Virus record (IMG/VR): IMGVR_UViG_3300034061_002899
Direction: 5' to 3' (one strand)
Length of the DNA stretch: 64,000 nucleotides
Source of the DNA: a virus
Both the position numbers and the translations under genes were made by a program. The notes beneath the pieces are model-generated. The model was not told the origin of the DNA. It worked only from the letters and a program-made list of their open reading frames with translations, and searched no databases. Shown here piece after piece: positions 27,044 to 35,487 of the stretch. The first letter of the stretch is position 1. Every line of letters begins with the position of its first letter.

Positions 27044-27604
27044 CTATGATAATAATATTCTACTGTGTTTGGGAACACCGGCAAGCAAGTATTCCATTTG
27101 GTCTGCAAGAATAGTTCTATGTTGTAATATCATATTCTCGTAATGATTAGGTACGTAAGGTGCATAAATTAATTCCATACGTGCTTCTTTCAATGTCTTG
27201 TGACCTTTCTTGCTGTTACAATCTTTACAAGCTGTAACAACGTTCATCCAGGTGTTCTCACCACCTTTACTCTTTGGATGAATATGATCTCTACTTAGTA
27301 AGTGAAAGTTAGGAAAGTGTTCACCGCAGTAAGCGCATACATGTCTATCACGACCAAATAATGTTTTGTTAGTTAGTGCTACACAAGAATGTTTGTATGG
27401 GTTGAATCCGTGTCCTTTGATAGCAATAATACTAGTAGCTTCCAAGTAACTTAATGTACCGTCTTTTTGTATGCCACCACGATATTTAGCCACAATTTCC
27501 CCCATTGACCATGCTATGGCATCTTTTGCTTTATAGGTAATTGCGTCATCATTTGAGATCCACTGCCGGGGAACTCCTGAGATATCTAGTGCTAGAACAG
27601 CCAT
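27044..27604 (-). CDS. HNH endonuclease
   Basis: RD...CAYCG...DHIHPKSKGG...W.NVVTAC..CN..K; AAGGAG SD before ATG 27604. Confidence 0.9.
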   Translation of the reverse strand: MAVLALDISGVPRQWISNDDAITYKAKDAIAWSMGEIVAKYRGGIQKDGTLSYLEATSIIAIKGHGFNPYKHSCVALTNKTLFGRDRHVCAYCGEHFPNFHLLSRDHIHPKSKGGENTWMNVVTACKDCNSKKGHKTLKEARMELIYAPYVPNHYENMILQHRTILADQMEYLLAGVPKHSRILLS

Positions 27605-27652
27605 GTAAAACTCCTTTTCTGCTATTGTCACTAATTGTATTTAATGCCGTAT

Positions 27653-27727
27653 TGGCGGGTCCTGCAGGAATCGAACCCACATCCCGAAGTTCGAAGCATC
27701 GTATTCTATCCATTGAACTAAGGACCC
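27653..27727 (-). tRNA. tRNA-Arg(TCG)
   Basis: CTTCGAA loop, cloverleaf with one anticodon-stem mismatch, CCA. Confidence 0.88.
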
Positions 27728-27729
27728 AT

Positions 27730-27805
27730 TGGTACCAAGAGTTGGACTCGAACCAACCACACCTAGTGCTTCAAACTAGTGCTCTACCTGATGAGCTATC
27801 TTGGC
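27730..27805 (-). tRNA. tRNA-Phe(GAA)
   Basis: TTGAAGC loop, cloverleaf, CCA. Confidence 0.9.
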
Positions 27806-27812
27806 TTATAAA

Positions 27813-27961
27813 GGTGGGAGCCTAACTATCTTATTGTTAGTAAGCCTCGCTAGATTGTCTCGTATAGGCAAGTTTATACACCCATCAATCATACTATAGT
27901 GTCATCACAGTTAACCCCACGGTGACTAGATTGGCAGGGACTCGAACCTATCGTCTATCCC
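27813..27961 (-). ncRNA. tRNA-like structured RNA candidate
   Basis: 5' GGGA can pair with 3' TCCC-ACC; contains T-loop-like GGTTCGAGTCC near the 5' end; no ORF. Confidence 0.4.
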
Positions 27962-27978
27962 ATAAACTTTGAAAATTA

Positions 27979-28647
27979 TTATTTACTTTTATAAGGCAAC
28001 GTACACCACATGATTACAGCAGTTTTCGATTCTATGCCATTTTTAAGATAGTTATCGCTACAGTGCCATTTATATCGGCTGGCTGCCAACAATGAACCGG
28101 TCTTCCATGGGAAAACGGTTTCAATTGATAAGTATCTCATTTTTTCTCTCAACTCATATGAAAGGTATTTTTCATATGTTTCGTCATCTATAGAATCAAT
28201 GGGGTCTGCTTTTTGAATGTATTCGTCAATATTTTTACTAGTGGTATACCATTCATTAAAAATGACAGTATTAGAATCTACTGTTTCTAATGGAATAACA
28301 ACTGTATATGCACCATAGTGGTCATCATCTATTCCATATTCCCCATATATACCATCTATATGTGTTCGGTATGGAGTATATGATTCTAATATATGCATCC
28401 CACCTATAACTAAATCAGCTCCAAATTCTTTATGCATTTTTTCTCTTAATAACAAATCAGAATTTTTCATCGACGGATTATCTAATATTGACGTAATTTT
28501 ACATTCTAATTCATTTTCGGAATATGTTTCAGATATAGCGTTTGGATCTACGGTAATAGCTTCAAGTAAAATAGATTCAACCTCTGTATTAGATAAAAAA
28601 TTATCTATAACTCTAGTATCAACAATGGGTGGGTTAAGATTAATCAT
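27979..28647 (-). CDS. Dioxygenase-like (2OG-Fe/cupin) protein
   Basis: HID, VIPL, WH.S..K motifs; TATAAATA upstream. Confidence 0.6.
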   Translation of the reverse strand: MINLNPPIVDTRVIDNFLSNTEVESILLEAITVDPNAISETYSENELECKITSILDNPSMKNSDLLLREKMHKEFGADLVIGGMHILESYTPYRTHIDGIYGEYGIDDDHYGAYTVVIPLETVDSNTVIFNEWYTTSKNIDEYIQKADPIDSIDDETYEKYLSYELREKMRYLSIETVFPWKTGSLLAASRYKWHCSDNYLKNGIESKTAVIMWCTLPYKSK

Positions 28648-28670
28648 AATATAACTATTTATATAATGTT

Positions 28671-28748
28671 TGGCACCCCCTCAAGGATTCGAACCTCGGT
28701 GTGTCGGAATCAAAATCCGATGCCTTAGACCAACTTGGCGAAGGGGGT
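28671..28748 (-). tRNA. tRNA-Gln(TTG)
   Basis: Cloverleaf, TTG anticodon, G73 CCA. Confidence 0.92.
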
Positions 28749-28865
28749 ATTTTATCTTTAATAAAGAGACTCCTTGTACACATTACATAAATGTGTCCAT
28801 GCTTCAATTTCTTGTTTATGCTTTTCTACTGATTGATTCCAACTCATTTGAGTCTCCTTAAAATT

Positions 28866-28940
28866 TGGTACCGCCACCTGGACTTGAACCAGGGACCTAC
28901 GCCTTATCAAGGCGGTGCTCTACCACTGAGCTATAGCGGT
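28866..28940 (-). tRNA. tRNA-Ile(GAT)
   Basis: Cloverleaf, GAT anticodon, CCA. Confidence 0.95.
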
Positions 28941-28944
28941 GAAT

Positions 28945-29019
28945 TGGTGGATGTAAGTAGATTTGAACTACTGACCTGCTCCGTATGAAGGAGATGCACT
29001 ACCGCTGTGCTATACATCC
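28945..29019 (-). tRNA. tRNA-CAT (Met elongator or Ile2)
   Basis: TTCATAC loop, cloverleaf, CCA. Confidence 0.9.
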
Positions 29020-29020
29020 A

Positions 29021-29097
29021 TGGGGTGCTTGATGGGATTCGAACCCACGTATATCGGAATCACAATCCGAGGTCTTAACCGCTTGACGACAAGCACC
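29021..29097 (-). tRNA. tRNA-His(GTG)
   Basis: G-1:C73 pair, GTG anticodon, CCA. Confidence 0.95.
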
Positions 29098-29104
29098 ATA
29101 CTAT

Positions 29105-29181
29105 TGGTACGACCTAAGAGAGTTGAACTCCTGACCCCCAAGTTCGTAGCCTGGTGCTCTATCCATCTGAGCTAAGGTCGC
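29105..29181 (-). tRNA. tRNA-Arg(ACG)
   Basis: Cloverleaf, ACG anticodon, CCA; first tRNA of the array. Confidence 0.95.
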
Positions 29182-29253
29182 ATTCTAAAACATACTATGG
29201 CTTAACCTTTCAGGGGTCAGGGTACTGTTTACCCATAGTATGTTTTAGAATGC
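29180..29253 (-). ncRNA. Long-stem hairpin element E
   Basis: Perfect 21-bp inverted repeat GCATTCTAAAACATACTATGG / CCATAGTATGTTTTAGAATGC abutting the tRNA 5' end. Confidence 0.6.
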
Positions 29254-29400
29254 CGTGTATTTCTACACGACATGATAGGGTCGATACCCTATCCAGTAGT
29301 CTTACTTTTTGTGTTACCGCCACAAATTTCATGTGTACTGTCCGCCCATTCTATACATTTTGCGCTGTATTACGGCTCTCGTTGCCTATTCACGCTGTCA
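29254..29400 (-). ncRNA. Unassigned structured RNA candidate
   Basis: Run of hairpins (GATAGGG/CCCTATC, CGTGTA/TACACG, TTTGTG/CACAAA), a GGACAG motif, no ORF. Confidence 0.4.
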
Positions 29401-29568
29401 TCAATCAGTATAAGTTAGTTGGTTAACTTTCTTAGTAGCCTCTTGATAGACTTTAGCACGTTCAAGTTTATTTTCTATCAACCGTGCTACTTGCTCCTTA
29501 GTCAAAACATGATTGCTAAACCAATCTGTCTTGTCTTTAGAAGTTGTGTATTCTATCTGTTCATCCAT
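29401..29568 (-). CDS. Small helical protein (55 aa, not in ORF track), first ORF after the attenuator
   Basis: MDEQIEYTTSKDKTDWFSNHVLTKEQVARLIENKLERAKVYQEATKKVNQLTYTD; its start overlaps a promoter-like sequence. Confidence 0.5.
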   Translation of the reverse strand: MDEQIEYTTSKDKTDWFSNHVLTKEQVARLIENKLERAKVYQEATKKVNQLTYTD

Positions 29569-29591
29569 TTATTGTCAAATCCATTCTGTAT

Positions 29592-29630
29592 AAGTAAAAA
29601 CCCCTGAGACTTTTTAGTTTCCCAGGGGTT
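29592..29630 (-). terminator. Intrinsic terminator of the putative attenuator
   Basis: AACCCCTGGGA...TCTCAGGGGTT 11-bp stem followed by a U-rich tract. Confidence 0.8.
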
Positions 29631-29658
29631 AGATAAATTTAGTTATGATGTTAACTTG

Positions 29659-29796
29659 TTACCTAGTCCCCGGGCCATGTTCATTTGAATCATTGTAGCC
29701 ACGAATACTTGTTGGATATGCTGGTACAAAGGATACACTGGCTGTTGTCTGCCATTGCCCGTTATGCTTCAACATGTTACAAGTTTTATTCATCAT
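29659..29796 (-). CDS. Putative attenuator leader peptide containing all 20 amino acids (45 aa, not in ORF track)
   Basis: MMNKTCNMLKHNGQWQTTASVSFVPAYPTSIRGYNDSNEHGPGTR*; last codons and stop pair with the terminator 5' arm. Confidence 0.7.
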   Translation of the reverse strand: MMNKTCNMLKHNGQWQTTASVSFVPAYPTSIRGYNDSNEHGPGTR

Positions 29797-29872
29797 AGTC
29801 TTTTATTTAGTCCTGGTTTAAAATTAGTGCAAATTACATATGTTTTTTGCACCTTTTCTCAATTCATGCTGA

Positions 29873-29901
29873 AGTATAGCATAGCTAGGAATTGATGTCA
29901 A
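29873..29901 (-). promoter_or_regulatory. Sigma70 promoter upstream of the leader ORF and tRNA array
   Basis: TTGACA-tcaattcctagctatgc-TATACT. Confidence 0.8.
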
Positions 29902-29962
29902 CATTTTTTTAAAGCATGTTGCCCAAAAATTTTGTTTATGATTAGCCCGTATACCCTAGTTA

Positions 29963-30787
29963 TTATTTAAATAAATGATCAAACAGTTTGGCAATTTTTG
30001 TATGACCAAGTAGAGTTGGATGGAAGGAATATGGGTTAATTAGGTCATTTGCAATAAGATGATCTATTCTATTTGTGTCTTTTACCCATTGACTAGTATG
30101 GTAGCCGTCAATATTATTATTGAATTCAGAATCTATTGCAAGTTGACTCATAAGGTCTCTTGATGTTGGATGATCTATAACAAAATTATTGATTTGAGTA
30201 TTGTTCTTATAATTAGATTCTGATCCTTGTTTAAGACCCGGACTATCTAAAGTGTAATCATGATGGTTAAATGAATCGAACCAATAATTTTTTATGCCCA
30301 ACGCATTAAAGAATGAATTCCAATGATTCATTTCCTGTGCCAGTTCAAAGATTTCATGATTATGGTCATATATATTTTTGAGCATGAATTCAGACATGTT
30401 TTTTTCTACAGGACAAGGGTGTTTGTCACTTGACAATAAGAAGTTCGTATAGTCATTATTCATTGAGGAAAACCATTCATTTCTTCCAGTAGAGGTTATC
30501 CCCCACAGTACGATAACTTCACTACCAGATTGTTTGATAGAGTTAAAAGAAGTTCCTGAAAAAAAATTCCTGGCTAGTCTAAATTGTCGTCTATTACTAG
30601 ATCGCCATATTGACATGTTTATATTTTTATACCCATATTGTTCAGCTAGTATGTTTCTGAAACTTAGGGTGTCGGCTACATTTTTATCAAATACGATTTT
30701 TTTAAAATCTACATCAGACATACCAGATGTATAACCAACACCAGCTCCCCATGTCCAACTACATCCCAGTGTTATTAAATATTTCAT
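29963..30787 (-). CDS. SGNH hydrolase-like protein
   Basis: GCSWT.G, SN, WGIT..R, HPT..GH. Confidence 0.65.
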   Translation of the reverse strand: MKYLITLGCSWTWGAGVGYTSGMSDVDFKKIVFDKNVADTLSFRNILAEQYGYKNINMSIWRSSNRRQFRLARNFFSGTSFNSIKQSGSEVIVLWGITSTGRNEWFSSMNNDYTNFLLSSDKHPCPVEKNMSEFMLKNIYDHNHEIFELAQEMNHWNSFFNALGIKNYWFDSFNHHDYTLDSPGLKQGSESNYKNNTQINNFVIDHPTSRDLMSQLAIDSEFNNNIDGYHTSQWVKDTNRIDHLIANDLINPYSFHPTLLGHTKIAKLFDHLFK

Positions 30788-31766
30788 ATTTGAATGTCAT
30801 TTTGTTTTTTAAATCATTAATATACTGTATCGGATTATTCAATACCAGTTGATTTTGTTTTGCATGATAGTTACTTAAAGTATATTTGATAAATTCTTGT
30901 TTGTCAACTTCCAATTGCCCAAAAAGTTTTGTAAATATATGAGTTAACTGGTCTCCGTCATTTAGTCTAATAACATCATATGGTAATATTATACATTCTT
31001 CATCTATAAAATCAGAATAAGGTGCGATTACCTTAAAAGGTTCTTGTTGACCAATTTCATGACCCACATTGGGTAATAATACATGATGACCGACCGTTGG
31101 CAACAACACATAATTAACTACGTCAGGTGTATCCCCTAATAACTTGTAGTATTCAAACATGCGAACCAGGGTAATATAAGTTACTATATCTTGGTAATCA
31201 GGATTGAATCTATCATCTACAATCGTTTTTGCTAACTCTTTATCATCAAATAGTTTAGTAATTTTATATTCAGCATATTCTTTCCATCTATCTAATGCAA
31301 CATTACGTCTGTTTTTGGAAATGGTTGATATCACATTAGGATCTAATATGTTTTTTAATTGTTGTAATATTGTAATTGTTAATTTTTCAGCCAAGGACTC
31401 TTGGGTAACTACTAGTATTTTTGCGTTTGGAAACAGGTGGCGGTAAATTGGGATGTTTGTAAAATCGTGTGTACAGCTTATTATTGGTTTTTTTATATCA
31501 AGTTGGGTGAATTGTTGTTGAACGTCAGAAATTTTAGCTAACCTATTGTGTGCTAATGATAACGGTCGTACAAAAGTAGTACGTGGTAAATTTACTTTAT
31601 TAGATGTAGTATTTGATATTACGTGAAAACTTCCAGTTGAAGAAATGTCTAACTTAGACAAGTTGTTTGACATTAGTTTATCTGTCAATCCTGCTAGAAA
31701 ATTACCACCGGCGCCCGGGTGAAAAACGATAAAATAATGTCTTAAGTTATATACATCGCTCATCAC
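30759..31766 (-). CDS. P-loop/sulfotransferase-like protein
   Basis: N-terminal FHPGAGGNFL resembling a PAPS-binding loop; similar to 37473-38138. Confidence 0.45.
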   Translation of the reverse strand: MMSDVYNLRHYFIVFHPGAGGNFLAGLTDKLMSNNLSKLDISSTGSFHVISNTTSNKVNLPRTTFVRPLSLAHNRLAKISDVQQQFTQLDIKKPIISCTHDFTNIPIYRHLFPNAKILVVTQESLAEKLTITILQQLKNILDPNVISTISKNRRNVALDRWKEYAEYKITKLFDDKELAKTIVDDRFNPDYQDIVTYITLVRMFEYYKLLGDTPDVVNYVLLPTVGHHVLLPNVGHEIGQQEPFKVIAPYSDFIDEECIILPYDVIRLNDGDQLTHIFTKLFGQLEVDKQEFIKYTLSNYHAKQNQLVLNNPIQYINDLKNKMTFKYEIFNNTGM

Positions 31767-31769
31767 ATA

Positions 31770-32087
31770 TTAAACTTCTTCTTCTGAAATTAATTCTTTA
31801 ATAAATCCGTGTTCTTCTTTTTGTCTACGCATGTGAACGAACAATCCTGCAGTGATGATCGGGTCATCTAGATATTCTAGCCAAGATGCTTTATTATCCC
31901 AAAGCATAGTAATAACTCTTTCTAGATTATTTTCAGATAATTCAGAAGTTACAAGTATACATTTATGTGTATCTCTGTAATTGGCTATCCAATAATCTCT
32001 GACTTCACTCGAAATACTTTCATGTCCCATAGATATAAATTCTACTGATTCATTGGGTCTAATGACTTTTTGTTTAATAAGATACAT
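31770..32087 (-). CDS. Dimeric alpha/beta barrel-like small protein
   Basis: RP..SV.F...Y.DT.K.....SE..L....W; similar to the N-terminus of 32107-33030. Confidence 0.5.
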   Translation of the reverse strand: MYLIKQKVIRPNESVEFISMGHESISSEVRDYWIANYRDTHKCILVTSELSENNLERVITMLWDNKASWLEYLDDPIITAGLFVHMRRQKEEHGFIKELISEEEV

Positions 32088-32106
32088 AAGTAATTCCTTA
32101 AATTGA

Positions 32107-33030
32107 TTATATTATATTTATCATAGTTGCAAGGTTTCCTGTTACATCTTTTGTAATATCAGCGTAACCTTCTTTTATAAAGGCTTCAGGATAGTAACTT
32201 TTAATTAAATCTTCTTGATATTTTCCTTGAATTTGACCTTTCCATTGCACTGCGGCACTGGTCATTTCTTCTGGATTTTCCCAACGTTGGAATGCTAAAA
32301 TGACAAAACCATTACCAGTGCTTGCATCTGCATCACCGCCATGGTATGCACCATTAACTAACTTAGTACTAAGTCCTCCCCAAGTGCTACCTGTATTGGT
32401 GGTTGATCCTTCATTTGGTTTCCAATTTCCCCCACCTCCCATTGTCATAGTAATTACTTCCATTCTAGGATGTGAGTGTTTCCAAATATACATGTTTGGA
32501 TACTCAATGTAAAATTCAACTTGATAATTACCCTTTCTGAATAAACAAATAGCTACAGCATCATCACTGCGTATTACATTTGCATTCCACGGAATCATCA
32601 TAGGCATTCTTTGTTCACAATACCAATCTACAAAATCTTCAAGACTGGACCAATCCTCTGGAATTTTAACATCTTTAAAATAATCATCAGCATTGATTGT
32701 TTTCCAAGTTGGTCTAATAAATCCAGCATCAGATGTTGATGATGATGTTATGCCATTCAATTGGTCATATTCTGCACTAATTTTTAAAAAGTTTTCTATA
32801 CAAAACGAGTCGGTGAAGAATTCAGCAAAGGCTTCTTGTGATTCCCATTCTGACGTAGCAGTTATAGTCAACTGATCCTCTGACATTGTTCTCTCAAATC
32901 TTAATAGTTTACCGGTATCTATATAATTTGCTTTTAAATATGATCCGTATTCGGGTCTGACAAGTTTAGTCTGATAAAAGAATGGAATGTCTGCGCTAGG
33001 TCTTGTTTGTGTTTTTACGATTGATATCAT
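32107..33030 (-). CDS. Alpha/beta barrel plus cupin-like fusion protein
   Basis: N-terminal domain like 31770-32087; C-terminal HSHP..E...HGG cupin motif. Confidence 0.55.
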   Translation of the reverse strand: MISIVKTQTRPSADIPFFYQTKLVRPEYGSYLKANYIDTGKLLRFERTMSEDQLTITATSEWESQEAFAEFFTDSFCIENFLKISAEYDQLNGITSSSTSDAGFIRPTWKTINADDYFKDVKIPEDWSSLEDFVDWYCEQRMPMMIPWNANVIRSDDAVAICLFRKGNYQVEFYIEYPNMYIWKHSHPRMEVITMTMGGGGNWKPNEGSTTNTGSTWGGLSTKLVNGAYHGGDADASTGNGFVILAFQRWENPEEMTSAAVQWKGQIQGKYQEDLIKSYYPEAFIKEGYADITKDVTGNLATMINII

Positions 33031-33042
33031 TTTTATTCCTTA

Positions 33043-33960
33043 TTAATAATTACCCAATATTTCTAATTTCAATTGATCGGGCGTTCTGTCTACAGATTGC
33101 CTGTACGGCAATCCGTTATACTTTTTCTGCAAAAAAGATTCAAACTCACTTACAAGTAAATCAGTTTTTTCAAATCCTGTTTGTTTTTTTCTTTCTATCA
33201 GATCAGGGAACGCTTCCCTGTATCCTATAATTTTAGTCGAGTTGAATCCCGTTTTACCGTAATATTTATCGTTCGTTATGTTGGTGAACCATTTAAGTTG
33301 AGTAAACGATATTACTAGTCCAGGAGTCCATTTGAACCATTCAGCAATTCCAGGTCTATTAGTCTCACGTAAATACTTTGACCAACCTATATCATGCTCC
33401 CAACAACGTATAAGCCATGTACCCTCTACGTTGTAATCATCATTTGTTCTAACACCGGTCAAATCGCTTGAACAAATAATAGGTAACCCTTCTACTAAAT
33501 CTGCAAACTTACATTGCGGCAATGCTCTAGGTCTACATATTTGTGCCAACTCTGAGATTTTCTCTGCGTCATTTTCATAAAACTTCTGTAGATTAAAATC
33601 AACAATAGTATAATCTACATTTAACAATGAACAAATAGTAACAGCATAACTTACATCATATATGTTGTAATCATTCTCATACCTAATGATGTATACTTTA
33701 GGATTGGCGCCAATCTTTAAGTAGGATCTCAATACAATTTCACTATCTACTCCACCACTAAAAAGTATACTAGGACGTATGTTAGGATAATGCTCTAATG
33801 TACTTGCTGCCGCGTTTGTCATTTCTTTGCTAAAACTTGATACATACCCATTAAACTTTTCATAATGTGTTTGTAGCTTGTCATTATTTTGTTGTCTACC
33901 AAACTTTGAGCCATCACCATAGCTCCAGCTATACCAATTGTTTTCACTAGTAAAAATCAT
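33043..33960 (-). CDS. PP-loop (asparagine synthase-like) protein
   Basis: FSGGVDSE, R.K.TGFE. Confidence 0.7.
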   Translation of the reverse strand: MIFTSENNWYSWSYGDGSKFGRQQNNDKLQTHYEKFNGYVSSFSKEMTNAAASTLEHYPNIRPSILFSGGVDSEIVLRSYLKIGANPKVYIIRYENDYNIYDVSYAVTICSLLNVDYTIVDFNLQKFYENDAEKISELAQICRPRALPQCKFADLVEGLPIICSSDLTGVRTNDDYNVEGTWLIRCWEHDIGWSKYLRETNRPGIAEWFKWTPGLVISFTQLKWFTNITNDKYYGKTGFNSTKIIGYREAFPDLIERKKQTGFEKTDLLVSEFESFLQKKYNGLPYRQSVDRTPDQLKLEILGNY

Positions 33961-34715
33961 TACGTTTTTATCAATTTAATAATAAGTCCCGCCGGATCAA
34001 ACTCCCACCATTTTCTTCCTATTCGATAGTCACCGGGATATAAATGATGATTGTTATGCCAACCTTCACCAAATGTTAGTAAAGCCCACCACCAAACATT
34101 ATGAGATTGATCTTTACTTTTATCAGCTTGTGTGCCAAATTTAGGATCATGATCGATCCAGTTACTCAATCTAGATGCTACTGTGTTTAAGAACATTGGA
34201 ATCCAGAATAGATATACAGATAACAATGGATCAATCATGTACAATACAAGTACAGTTGCTAACACTATTAGCATGTAGTATTCATGCATAAATCTGTGCA
34301 CAGGATCATTAATGATATCTCTGACTTCCCACTTGTTAAACTTGCTTGTATAGTCTCCTATGATTGCCCCCATTGGGCCAAGTACAACAGGACTATGCGG
34401 GTCGCCGGGCTTGTCTGCAAATTTATGATGAGTTCTATGTACAAAAACCCACCCCACAGAACTACCTGTACATCCCAGATTACCTAGATAACTGAAAAAA
34501 TATTCTAAAGGCTTCGCTAACTTGTAGGATTTATGAGTTAATAATCTATGAAATGTAACAGACACACCTAAGCATGTTATCAAAAAGTAACCAAATATTG
34601 CGGTAAGCCAATAACTCAATCCTGCAGGATTAAAGATTGCCCACATTGTGACAATGCTAGCAATAATCTGCATTAATATAAAAAACCATTCTCTTGGATA
34701 CAAATATTGTTTCAT
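33960..34715 (-). CDS. Fatty acid desaturase (delta-9 type)
   Basis: His boxes HRLLTH, HRTHH, DPHSP, GEGWHNNHH; TM segments. Confidence 0.92.
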   Translation of the reverse strand: MKQYLYPREWFFILMQIIASIVTMWAIFNPAGLSYWLTAIFGYFLITCLGVSVTFHRLLTHKSYKLAKPLEYFFSYLGNLGCTGSSVGWVFVHRTHHKFADKPGDPHSPVVLGPMGAIIGDYTSKFNKWEVRDIINDPVHRFMHEYYMLIVLATVLVLYMIDPLLSVYLFWIPMFLNTVASRLSNWIDHDPKFGTQADKSKDQSHNVWWWALLTFGEGWHNNHHLYPGDYRIGRKWWEFDPAGLIIKLIKT

Positions 34716-35464
34716 TTTCTAATCATCCTAATAAGATATCCAGCAGGATCAATTTCCCACCATTTCATTTGCGTAGTCATAGAAGCAGGATTACCGTGAT
34801 GATTGTTATGCCAAGCATCACCCATTATCAACGGCCACAACAATATGTTGTTACTACTGGTATCTTTTGTCTCGTAGTTTCTATAACCATATGTATGTGC
34901 AAAATAGTTAAAACTATTCTGGCTCATTTGTACTAAAAACACAGGTAGAACCCAAACGAAATACGCTACATCTAGACCAAATATAGCTAACACAGAAACG
35001 AATGCCAAGATTATAGCAAGATAGTAATCGTGTATAAAAATATGCTGTTTGTTCATCAAGTCCTTGACTAAGAATACATTCATCTTTCCTGCTGTAGCTT
35101 CTATGTGTTTGAAGTTAAACAATTTAAATCCAATGTTGCCGGGACCGTGCGGGTCCTTTTCAGTGTCAGAGTGTGCGTGATGCAATCTATGAACATAAAC
35201 CCATCCTAGGATACTGGCTCTACCAGATAGTATTGCAATCAATGTACATATCCATTTCATAAATATAAATCTAAATTCAAATGATTTATGTGCATAGTAT
35301 CTGTGTAACGTTAATCCAACCCCTATAACACTATAAGCATAGAAACTGACTAATAGCAAAACAATGTTTGATAAAGTAAAGTCAAAATAAAACAATCCGG
35401 CAATTGACAATAATCCGGTAATCATTTGAATTTTGGTAATTGTTTGGGCATTAGATGAAAACAT
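34712..35464 (-). CDS. Fatty acid desaturase (delta-9 type)
   Basis: HRYYAH, HRLHH, DPH, WHNNHH. Confidence 0.92.
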   Translation of the reverse strand: MFSSNAQTITKIQMITGLLSIAGLFYFDFTLSNIVLLLVSFYAYSVIGVGLTLHRYYAHKSFEFRFIFMKWICTLIAILSGRASILGWVYVHRLHHAHSDTEKDPHGPGNIGFKLFNFKHIEATAGKMNVFLVKDLMNKQHIFIHDYYLAIILAFVSVLAIFGLDVAYFVWVLPVFLVQMSQNSFNYFAHTYGYRNYETKDTSSNNILLWPLIMGDAWHNNHHGNPASMTTQMKWWEIDPAGYLIRMIRK

Positions 35465-35477
35465 ATAAATATTTATC
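35465..35477. promoter_or_regulatory. Palindromic bidirectional late-promoter-like site
   Basis: ATAAATATTTAT gives TAAATA on both strands between divergent starts 35464 and 35488. Confidence 0.5.
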
Positions 35478-35487
35478 TTATACGAAT

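Noticed and set aside
28750-28860. Small ORF MSWNQSVEKHK... with AAGGAG SD between tRNA-Ile and tRNA-Gln
   Set aside because: The frame runs through tRNA-Gln before stopping, and the SD is paired in an AAGGAGACTC/GAGTCTCTTT stem; coding status cannot be supported.
24306-29607. ORF-track calls overlapping tRNAs (24306, 25477, 25742, 26086, 27541, 28670, 29154, 29419)
   Set aside because: They overlap clear tRNA cloverleaves, structured RNAs or better minus-strand ORFs.
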